The position numbers and the translations under genes were made by a program. DNA of 64,000 bases, from NCBI GenBank assembly GCA_040767255.1, contig JAXGOZ010000006.1:2706-66705 (forward strand). The letters run 5' to 3'. Shown here in pieces: positions 29,901 to 37,040 of this stretch. Origin of the DNA: Caldisericia bacterium. Lineage in GTDB: Bacteria; Caldisericota; Caldisericia; UBA6126. Each line of letters begins with the position of its first letter. Position 1 is the stretch's first letter. A model generated the notes under the pieces. The model was not told the DNA's origin and did not search any database. It was given only the letters and a program-made list of their open reading frames with translations.

Positions 29901-30108
29901 TCCCGATGTCTTGAGGTTGTATTGATATGGTGTATGTCCATCCAAGATTGTTTTTTTGAACATCTATCCATGAACTCCTTGAAGATAAAGCTTTCGTTCC
30001 ACTTTTTCCAGAAATTGCCACCATAACGCACATAGTAATGGAAATGATCCATCTATTAGCTTTTTTTTGAAACATAAACCTCCATATGGGTATGCTTTTT
30101 TCATTCAC
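26905..30108 (-). CDS. Secreted peptidase C25 (gingipain/clostripain-like cysteine protease) family protein
   Basis: An N-terminal signal/anchor is present. Catalytic-dyad-like motifs are FINICAHGSGSEI (His) and IVFSYSCMNGAYD (Cys). It is 1067 aa with extra C-terminal domains. Confidence 0.55.
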   Translation of the reverse strand: MNEKSIPIWRFMFQKKANRWIISITMCVMVAISGKSGTKALSSRSSWIDVQKNNLGWTYTISIQPQDIGIEQVNGRYSFRLQDCHSLQVPGQPSLLHSSISQEVTHNADVFIQNIVWSPLKIQGRTISKNQIRQSPPMYATNYQIEQNQQCELPGSIVDLVITGDASNAVCIIQVYPLQIRSGIVFFAKEFSFVLVPRLDEPFQGVMEDEKKEIIICPDAWKSSANRLKMLHAQKGFSSEIVLLSEVQRSSFSLLQKNRSIGSFQDVTQVNKKYLGHLEGWDGPLALQLQAFLQNRMKTNPYQYITLLGDSTLVPASVYVSLRRFDFSQSHDFYNEIIPSDFFYMSPNGGGSNLVLESYLGRIPVRTLEECDRYIEKIACWNQELDIDWFSKKALVGGDLFHHDYIGELLCQHLVDIIQPNENTIDKFYLTDNKCNDIEVSRLLQNGHYGFINICAHGSGSEIRLEPGFVDVRDCMNFQPESALPIVFSYSCMNGAYDTRDSGITYETDPVFGYPTSFGQSLLLSPAGAIAFVGGSRVNYSSFYIQTGSQGEIHYTNPQLMDAICTQFFSSISSSDTLGEMCKITLQKYVQENVHYDFSLQSFVSFTLLGDPTIQILQPEKSSPTTNCEMDVDIESLIELKDMYRDDSFFLDSSIPLEISFSAFEKLIVFNYKNSEKRYFEKDVSHETMEIIKSLAPTKICVRLIHTLGYEKRYMIHISKAESLICEFPFTHVKHVYPGESLPYYYQISNTGYQTIEKATSSISIRDFSGNTKFSDTQETLHIEPLESITERFLTLMPSQEGKYTVSLSLSYLNGNDQVEQYEESYNIVVSQHPHHYRIGIPVNSRIPVTIHRNIPVHKLNDDLSRSTEVRDTTFEYCIFPSNAVDQYIFHGMLLFDDVWQDFSKKISSSIIQQVFNIADHGGVVLGFAPNSYHEDVNRSLLEHFGIETNTFSFTNYSRHLEPLHILQQESSVYQKDEYYIPSRANWEPFFPLTWGDIPVKEGFVLAGTTSDQRIGLIHNAKNCFFVSCSFLSLDPEKKSDDVLVFIEDIITSQTGNNPVSSIAKRE

Positions 30109-30280
30109 TATAAGGAACGTTTCTTAATATGATACAATTTTTAAAAGGATAGAAAACTCATTCTTGAATAATGTAGGAAAAATATAATGATAGAAACATA
30201 CTCTTCATAGAGAAAAATTCGAGTTGTTTTTTTGGTATCATGTGATGTATAATGCAAACAAAAAACGAACGGAGGATTAT

Positions 30281-30664
30281 ATGAGTAAAGTACGCGAAGA
30301 ATTATTATATACCGCAACCGACGAATGGGTGAAAGTACAAGATGGCATTGCCACCATTGGATTAACCGATTATGCGCAAGAACACTTAGGAGACATAGTT
30401 TATGTAGAGCCATGCGACGAAGACCAAGAAGTTCAGAAAGAAGATGTCTTGACTACCGTAAAGTCCGTTAAATCTGCTTCTGATATTTATTCCCTGTAAG
30501 TAGGCCGAATTGTTTCTTTCAATCAAGATGTCGAAGATGAATCGTCGATCATAAACAAAGAACCCTACGACGGTGGATGGATTTGTAAAATTGAGCTATC
30601 TTCTGAAGAAGAACTCGATGAGTTGATGACTGCGGAAGAATATAAAGCTTCAAAAGAAAAGTAA
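30281..30664 (+). pseudogene. gcvH: Glycine cleavage system H protein gene, interrupted by an in-frame TAA at 30497-30499 (codon 73). It is otherwise full length at 127 codons.
   Basis: GGAGG-ATG at 30281. The translation …TTVKSVKSASDIYSL*VGRIVSF… contains the lipoyl-lysine motif SVKSASDIY. The stop replaces a conserved P-V/L-S position. The reading frame then continues to TAA at 30662. Confidence 0.55.
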
Positions 30665-30703
30665 CTTATCTGTAACGATTTATATCAAAATATCGAGGTA
30701 ATC

Positions 30704-32053
30704 ATGAGATTTATTCCTACTACTACCAAAGACAAAAAAGAGATGATGGACTCTATTGGTATCCGTGATATACGTGAACTATTTCAGTCATTGCCTGCAG
30801 AATACATATTGCAAGACTCTGTGGGTATTGGGGAATCCATGTCTGAACAAGATGTTACACAATTTCTTACAGAACTTTCCAAACAAAATGTCACATTTGA
30901 TGATGCTTCATGTTTCATTGGGGAGATTGCTTGGTATCATTACGTCCCAGCTATCGTTAAAGCAACCACATCTTTACCATCCTTTTATACTGCTTATACT
31001 CCTTATCAGCCAGAATTAAGCCAAGGCACTCTTGAGGCTATATATGAATTCCAGTCCTATATGGTCAATTTAACCAAGATGGATGCAGCAAATGCATCTA
31101 TGTATGATGGAGCTACTGCTTTGGCTGAAGCAATGATCATGGTTCTTACCTCAAATCGTAAAGAAGTTGCTATGATTAGCTCGTTACTCCATCCCTATCT
31201 AAAGAAAGTTCTTTATACGTATGCTGAATCACGGAATTTCACGATTAAAGAAGTATCATCGGACGACGGTAGCATTAACCTAATGGATCTTAAAGGTGAA
31301 CTCAACAATGAAATTGGTTGTTTTATTGTTCAATCTCCTAATACCTTTGGAATTATTGAAGATCTTTCTGAGATTACCTCTATTTTACAAGAGAAAAAAA
31401 TTCCCTCCATTGCTGTTATATTGGAATCGTTTTCGCTTGGATTACTACAACCACCAGGAGAGTACGATTTCGATATTGTATGCGGAGAAGCGCAATCTTT
31501 TGGCATGCACCCACAATTTGGAGGACCAGGACTTGGTTATATGTGTGTGAAAGATAAATATATACGGAAAATGCCAGGTCGCATTATTGGCAAGACTGTT
31601 GATATTGAAGGTAAAACATCCTATGTAATGACATTACGAGCTAGAGAACAAGATATCAGACGTAACAAAGCTACCTCTAATATCTGTACAAATAATGCTC
31701 TATGTGCTTTACAAGCAACCGTCTTTCTTTCAACTGTGGGAGAGAAAGGTCTTAGAAGCCTTGCTAAACGTAACTTCAATCATGCTCATTATGCACTTCA
31801 AGAATTAAACGACTTAGACGGTGTAACTATTCCTTTTAAAAAACCTTTTTTCAATGAGTTTCTTGTACAATTCAACAAACCCCTTGATTACGTTAGAGAA
31901 GAACTTTTACAACGAGAAATTCTAGTCTCCAAAAATGATTTTGCAAAGTTTTATCCTTCCCTCCATAACTCCTTAATTCTAACTTTTACTGAAATGAACT
32001 CGAAAGATGAAATTGATCACCTTCGTGATTCTCTGAAAGAGGTATTGAAATGA
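30704..32053 (+). CDS. gcvPA: Glycine dehydrogenase (decarboxylating) subunit 1
   Basis: 449 aa with typical N-terminal P-protein subunit sequence. There is a 4-nt overlap with gcvPB. Confidence 0.9.
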   Translation: MRFIPTTTKDKKEMMDSIGIRDIRELFQSLPAEYILQDSVGIGESMSEQDVTQFLTELSKQNVTFDDASCFIGEIAWYHYVPAIVKATTSLPSFYTAYTPYQPELSQGTLEAIYEFQSYMVNLTKMDAANASMYDGATALAEAMIMVLTSNRKEVAMISSLLHPYLKKVLYTYAESRNFTIKEVSSDDGSINLMDLKGELNNEIGCFIVQSPNTFGIIEDLSEITSILQEKKIPSIAVILESFSLGLLQPPGEYDFDIVCGEAQSFGMHPQFGGPGLGYMCVKDKYIRKMPGRIIGKTVDIEGKTSYVMTLRAREQDIRRNKATSNICTNNALCALQATVFLSTVGEKGLRSLAKRNFNHAHYALQELNDLDGVTIPFKKPFFNEFLVQFNKPLDYVREELLQREILVSKNDFAKFYPSLHNSLILTFTEMNSKDEIDHLRDSLKEVLK

Positions 32054-33537
32054 AAAAAGAAATTCCATTACTGTACGAAATTTCAGATATTGAAAAAGAT
32101 GGATATCAACTTCCTTATTCAGAGATTACACAGGACTATACCATATCTTCCCTACCCAAACAATGGCATAGAGAAGAACTTAATTTACCCAATGTATCTG
32201 AAGTGGAAGTCGCAAGACATTTTTACAATTTATCTACACTGAATTATGGTGTCGAAACTGGCATGTATCCCCTGGGTAGTTGTACGATGAAGTACAACCC
32301 TAAAATGAATGAGTATATTGCTTCACTTGATGGATTTCAAAAAACCCACCCCCTACAAGCTGATAATACAGTATCCGGAAACCTATTTCTTTTGTTTGAC
32401 TTAGAAGATATGTTTTGTGAAGTCACGGGCATGGATGCATTTACTCTATCACCTGCAGCCGGCGCTCACGGAGAATATGCAGGTATTCTTTTGATGAGAA
32501 AATACTTTGAAGATAGGGGTGAGTTGAATAAGAGAAATGTCATCTTGATCCCTGAATCTGCTCATGGAACAAATCCCGCCTCTGCTGTTGCTGCAGGGTT
32601 TATTGTCGAAGAAATTCGCTCAACCGCAACAGGTGAAGTAGACTTAGATTCTCTGCGAGAGAAGCTGAACGATAGCATTGCAGGCATTATGCTTACAAAT
32701 CCGAACACCACAGGGATGTTTGAATCGAATATTAAAGAAATCGCTCATTTGCTCCATGAAAATGGAAGTTTGTTATACTACGACGGGGCAAACCTTAATG
32801 CTATTCTTGGTGTTGCCAGACCTGGGGATATGGGTTTTGATGTTGTACATTTAAATATTCACAAAACTTTTTCTACACCCCACGGAGGTGGTGGACCGGG
32901 AGCTGGTCCTGTTGGTGTAAAAGAACACTTAATTCCATACTTACCCGAACCAGTGATTGGTATTGAAGACGATGGAGCAGATTTACAGGATGCTGATATT
33001 GAAGAAAAACTCTACAGAATGAATCGTCTCGAAAAGTCAATTGGAAGAATACGACTTACTGATTCAAGTTTTACAGTATTAGTAAAAGCCTATGCATATA
33101 TGTTGACACTAGGTGAAGAGAATATCCAAAAAATTGCAGAACATGCTGTTCTAAATGCAAATTACATTAAAGCTATGCTTAAAGATACTCTCAGTTCACC
33201 GGTTGACGGATATTGTATGCACGAATGTGTTCTATCGGCTTCCTCTCTTCCTAACGGCATTACTGCGTTGGATATATCAAAGCGATTAATGGATTATGGT
33301 TTCCATCCCCCTACAAACTATTTTCCACTTATCATACCCGAAGCTTTAATGATTGAACCTACTGAAACTGAAACAAAGCAAGAGATGGATCGATTCATTC
33401 ATGCTATGAAATCAATTGTTGAAGAAGCAAATGAAAAACCCGAGTTGCTCAAAAACGCACCCACCCAAACTCCGATTCGAAGAACTGACGATGTAAAAGC
33501 TGCAAAAGATTTGGATATTGCCTATAAGAAATCTTAG
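32050..33537 (+). CDS. gcvPB: Glycine dehydrogenase (decarboxylating) subunit 2, PLP-dependent
   Basis: The PLP-lysine region …NIHKTFSTPHGGGGPGAGPVGV… is present. Length is 495 aa. Confidence 0.9.
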   Translation: MKKEIPLLYEISDIEKDGYQLPYSEITQDYTISSLPKQWHREELNLPNVSEVEVARHFYNLSTLNYGVETGMYPLGSCTMKYNPKMNEYIASLDGFQKTHPLQADNTVSGNLFLLFDLEDMFCEVTGMDAFTLSPAAGAHGEYAGILLMRKYFEDRGELNKRNVILIPESAHGTNPASAVAAGFIVEEIRSTATGEVDLDSLREKLNDSIAGIMLTNPNTTGMFESNIKEIAHLLHENGSLLYYDGANLNAILGVARPGDMGFDVVHLNIHKTFSTPHGGGGPGAGPVGVKEHLIPYLPEPVIGIEDDGADLQDADIEEKLYRMNRLEKSIGRIRLTDSSFTVLVKAYAYMLTLGEENIQKIAEHAVLNANYIKAMLKDTLSSPVDGYCMHECVLSASSLPNGITALDISKRLMDYGFHPPTNYFPLIIPEALMIEPTETETKQEMDRFIHAMKSIVEEANEKPELLKNAPTQTPIRRTDDVKAAKDLDIAYKKS

Positions 33538-33612
33538 ATCTTTTTTCTTTTAACTGGTCCATTGAATACATGATGTGAAATCTTTTGTAACGGTTTGTAT
33601 AAAGGAGATCTC

Positions 33613-36180
33613 ATGAAAAGACAGTTTATTGCTATTGCACTTATTGCTTTAATTCTCACATCCATAACAAACTCTACAACAGGTTTAGAGAAGAATTATC
33701 GATGGATCCAACATCCTGTTTATGGGGGTGTGATTACTTCTTTTTGCCAAGGTACACTGTTCCCGATATATTGTTCTACTGCTGGTGATGGCATATATGG
33801 ATATGGCGAAGATGATTGGATTAAAATTGAAAGTACAGCTTTGCCTCCTTATGTGTATTTTGTTTTTGAGTGGAACAACGTTCTTTATTGTGGAACAGAC
33901 CAATTTTTGTACAAAAAGAACGAAAATACCTGGATAAAAGTATCAGAGGATCTTTCCAGTCAAAGAATTAGAGCTACAGGTCTTTCTGTAGCCTCCAGTC
34001 CCCGTACAAATGTATTATTTCTAGCTACAGACAAGGGATTGTATAAATCTCTTGACAATGGTGTTTCCTGGAAAATAGATTCCACCATACAATTTCCTGT
34101 TCATGCCGTACAAGTCCATTCAAGAAATCAAGAAATCGCTTATGTTGCAGCAGGAAATGGAAAACTTTTTTACACCGATAATTTTGGAGCTTCCTGGAAA
34201 GAGATATTAAATGACAAAGTGTATGGAAAGATCATTTCCCTATGGATTGATAGAAATGATACAAATCTGTTATTTGCAGGAACCCCTGAAAAAGGGATTT
34301 ATATCTCTAATGATGGCGGCCATAGCTGGAAAAGTGAAAGCAAAAATTTACCAAATCTATATATTTCTTTTTTGTTTCAAAAACAAAATGGTGACTTGTT
34401 TTGTGGAACCTATGGTGGTTTGTTTGAGTTTAATTTTTCAACAAAAGATTGGACTATTGTCGCTAACGAAATCTTCAACCCAAATGTAACTGCTGGCTAC
34501 TACCTTCAAGAAAATGACCTATGGGTTCTCGGTACAAATGGAAATGGAGTTGAAATCTTACGATCGAATAGTAGTTACTGGGAGTCTTACAATCCGCATA
34601 TTACCAACATACACATTCGAGCCTTTGAACAAGATCCAAAAGGTGAAACAATACTTTTTGGTACTTGGGGAGCAGGAATATACCGTTCATTCGATAGTGG
34701 AAAATCTTGGCAACAATCTATAGAAGGTATCTCAAATCCATATATTCTTTGTTTAGAAAGAGTCAACAATACAGAGTACCTTGCAGGAACATTTAATGGA
34801 GGGATTTTTAAAAGCATTGATTCAGGCTTAACATGGTCTGTTCTTGAAACTCCTCATATGTTCACAAAATATATCTATTCGATATGTTCTTTGCCCTCCA
34901 ATTCAAGCACGATTTATTGTGGAACAAATGGGGATGTATACAAAACAACAAACAATGGGAAAAATTGGCTACAAATGCCCTTGGGCTCTTATGAAAAACC
35001 AATTGGAAATGTTGTTGATATAACAGTAAACCCAAAAAATGAAGAAGAGCTATTTGTTGCAACCTCTGAAACTGGTCTTTATTCGACCAAAAACGCTGGA
35101 AAAGACTGGTTTTCATCCGGTAACGGAATAGACAACCGAAACATTACCTCAGTCACCTATGATCCTGTTGATTCCAATACCCTATACTGCACTACTTTCG
35201 GTAGCGGCGTTTACATATCCAACGACCAGGGAAATTCATGGAAACCTATCAATAATGGATTACCCTCTTCTTTGGTATATTGTCTTGCAATGAAAGAAGA
35301 TGTAAAAAAAGAAATTCTTATCGGCACAGAGAATGGTGTATACAAAAAGAATTCGTCAGATGATTCATGGGAAAAATTTGGAGAAGGTTCTGAGGAATTA
35401 AGAGTTCGGTCTCTCCTGTTTAATCCTTCAACAGCCTCCTATTTTGCTGGAACAGATCAAAAGGGTCTTTATCGGAACATTCACTTTCCTAATGTACCTA
35501 TGCCGATGAGTCCAAAAAACAATGAAAGAATAATTACCCTACGCCCAACACTATTATGGACTGAAACTACCGATGTAACAATACCATACACATTCTCCTT
35601 GAAAGTTATGGATTCAAAACAAACTGTTGTGTATGAAAAAGATCACATATCCGGGGATCAGTTTATTATTCCAGCAGGAATCCTGTCAAGGTACCAAACC
35701 TATTCATGGACTGTTCGAGCTGAGTCGTTTGCAGGGAACACTGAATGGTCAAAACAGTATTATTTTACAGTTATCGGACAAGTCATCCTACAGATTAATG
35801 AACCACTAATGACCGTTAATGGAAAAATTATGGAAGTTGATCCTGGACGAACAACCACCCCCATTATTTTTGAGAATAGAACTTTTTTACCAATCCGAAG
35901 TGTCATTGAATCATTGGATGGTACTGTTGGATGGGAACCAGATACAAGAAGCATTGTTCTTGTATTCATGGAGAATACGATTGAGCTACAAATCAGAAAT
36001 CCCATTGCCAAGAAAAATGGCAAATCTGTTCCTATTGATCCAGATAACAAAGAAATAAGCCCTTTCATACTAAATGAAAGAACTATGATACCGTTACGTT
36101 TTGTTGCTGAAAACTTCGGTATCGATATTTTTTGGAACAGTGAAGAGCGGAAGATAACTTTAGAATACCCTAAAGACTAA
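33613..36180 (+). CDS. Secreted BNR/Asp-box repeat beta-propeller protein (Ycf48/sortilin-like) with two C-terminal copper amine oxidase N-terminal-like domains
   Basis: AAAGGAG-ATG at 33613, followed by signal peptide MKRQFIAIALIALILTS. There are at least 8 Asp-box repeats (DNGVSWK, DNFGASWK, NDGGHSWK, DSGKSWQ, DSGLTWS, NNGKNWL, NAGKDWF, DQGNSWK). C-terminal modules are …NRTFLPIRSVIESLDGTVGWE… and …ERTMIPLRFVAENFGIDIFWN…. Confidence 0.7.
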   Translation: MKRQFIAIALIALILTSITNSTTGLEKNYRWIQHPVYGGVITSFCQGTLFPIYCSTAGDGIYGYGEDDWIKIESTALPPYVYFVFEWNNVLYCGTDQFLYKKNENTWIKVSEDLSSQRIRATGLSVASSPRTNVLFLATDKGLYKSLDNGVSWKIDSTIQFPVHAVQVHSRNQEIAYVAAGNGKLFYTDNFGASWKEILNDKVYGKIISLWIDRNDTNLLFAGTPEKGIYISNDGGHSWKSESKNLPNLYISFLFQKQNGDLFCGTYGGLFEFNFSTKDWTIVANEIFNPNVTAGYYLQENDLWVLGTNGNGVEILRSNSSYWESYNPHITNIHIRAFEQDPKGETILFGTWGAGIYRSFDSGKSWQQSIEGISNPYILCLERVNNTEYLAGTFNGGIFKSIDSGLTWSVLETPHMFTKYIYSICSLPSNSSTIYCGTNGDVYKTTNNGKNWLQMPLGSYEKPIGNVVDITVNPKNEEELFVATSETGLYSTKNAGKDWFSSGNGIDNRNITSVTYDPVDSNTLYCTTFGSGVYISNDQGNSWKPINNGLPSSLVYCLAMKEDVKKEILIGTENGVYKKNSSDDSWEKFGEGSEELRVRSLLFNPSTASYFAGTDQKGLYRNIHFPNVPMPMSPKNNERIITLRPTLLWTETTDVTIPYTFSLKVMDSKQTVVYEKDHISGDQFIIPAGILSRYQTYSWTVRAESFAGNTEWSKQYYFTVIGQVILQINEPLMTVNGKIMEVDPGRTTTPIIFENRTFLPIRSVIESLDGTVGWEPDTRSIVLVFMENTIELQIRNPIAKKNGKSVPIDPDNKEISPFILNERTMIPLRFVAENFGIDIFWNSEERKITLEYPKD

Positions 36181-36188
36181 GGTTGAGT

Positions 36189-36992
36189 ATGACAGAGAAC
36201 AAAGATCAAATTAATGCGAAAGATACATCTATTGTCCCTTACAAAAAAAGAGGGATCTCATATGCGCGAAATCTTGAGAAAAGAAACAAATTAGTAACAG
36301 ATCATCTCTGGATAGTAGAATATGTGATAAAGAAATACCGTGATGATTACCCTAATGTTATTGATGAATTAAGATCTGTTGGGAACATTGGATTGATTAA
36401 AGCAGCAGACCGATATGATGAAAACCGCGAAGCTTCCTTTGTTACCTACGCTACAATCATTGTGAATGGTGAGATTAAACATTTTCTTCGAGACAATCTT
36501 GATACGATTCGCATTACTCGGAAACATCTTGAAGTGTACAAGGATGTTATGCGAATTATTGATTTGTATATAGACGATTACGGAGTTGCACCAACAACCA
36601 AAGAAGTTGCTCAATTGTCAAAGTACTCTGAAAAACAGATTATTGATGCTATGGTAGCTGCATATGCCAAATTTCCAATTTCAATTGATGAGCCTGTTAT
36701 GGTAGATTCCGAGAAAATACTAGTTGGGGATACTATACAACAAAAACGTGACTTGGTCGACGAGAAAATCAAACAGAATTCTCTTGATCGTGCTTTGATG
36801 AAATTACCAGAAAACGAGCAAAAAAGTATCATACTGCGATATAAATTTGAACTTACCAACAAAGAAATTGCAGAATTACTACATCTTCAACAGTACCATG
36901 TGTCCAAACTAATTAAAAGCGGACTAGAAAAAATGAAAAATATCATTCTTGACGAAACCGGTGTTAAGAAACTCAAAGATGGATCATCGTAA
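36189..36992 (+). CDS. Sigma-70 family RNA polymerase sigma factor, group 3 (SigB/SigF/SigG/FliA-like)
   Basis: Region 2 is …VGNIGLIKAADRYDENREASFVTYATIIVNGEIKHFLRD…. Region 4 HTH is …ILRYKFELTNKEIAELLHLQQYHVSKL…. ATG at 36189; the ORF track starts at TTG 36183. Confidence 0.8.
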   Translation: MTENKDQINAKDTSIVPYKKRGISYARNLEKRNKLVTDHLWIVEYVIKKYRDDYPNVIDELRSVGNIGLIKAADRYDENREASFVTYATIIVNGEIKHFLRDNLDTIRITRKHLEVYKDVMRIIDLYIDDYGVAPTTKEVAQLSKYSEKQIIDAMVAAYAKFPISIDEPVMVDSEKILVGDTIQQKRDLVDEKIKQNSLDRALMKLPENEQKSIILRYKFELTNKEIAELLHLQQYHVSKLIKSGLEKMKNIILDETGVKKLKDGSS

Positions 36993-37015
36993 ATGTTTCA
37001 CGTGAAACATTTACG
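36988..37015. terminator. Perfect 28-nt palindrome CGTAAATGTTTCACGTGAAACATTTACG between the convergent sigma-factor and mnmG genes. It is a likely bidirectional terminator hairpin or protein-binding site.
   Basis: Its reverse complement is identical to itself. It includes the sigma gene stop codon and lies 26 nt past the mnmG stop. Confidence 0.5.
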
Positions 37016-37040
37016 TAAAACTCTAGCTAGATAAGCTTTG

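Noticed and set aside
30109-30280. Possible glycine riboswitch upstream of gcvH
   Set aside because: I searched the leader for the conserved GGAGAG/CACCG/ACGGG aptamer cores and a tandem arrangement and found none. Only a plausible sigma-A-type -10 (TGATGTATAAT) was seen.
30224-30499. ORF-track start of gcvH at 30224 (MFFWYHVMYNANKK…)
   Set aside because: The upstream extension has no SD and no homology. ATG at 30281 is preceded by GGAGG and matches the GcvH N-terminus.
33538-33612. Possible intrinsic terminator after gcvPB (AAGAAATCTTAGATCTTTTTTCTTTT)
   Set aside because: A T-tract is present but the preceding stem is short and imperfect. It is too weak to call without folding energies.
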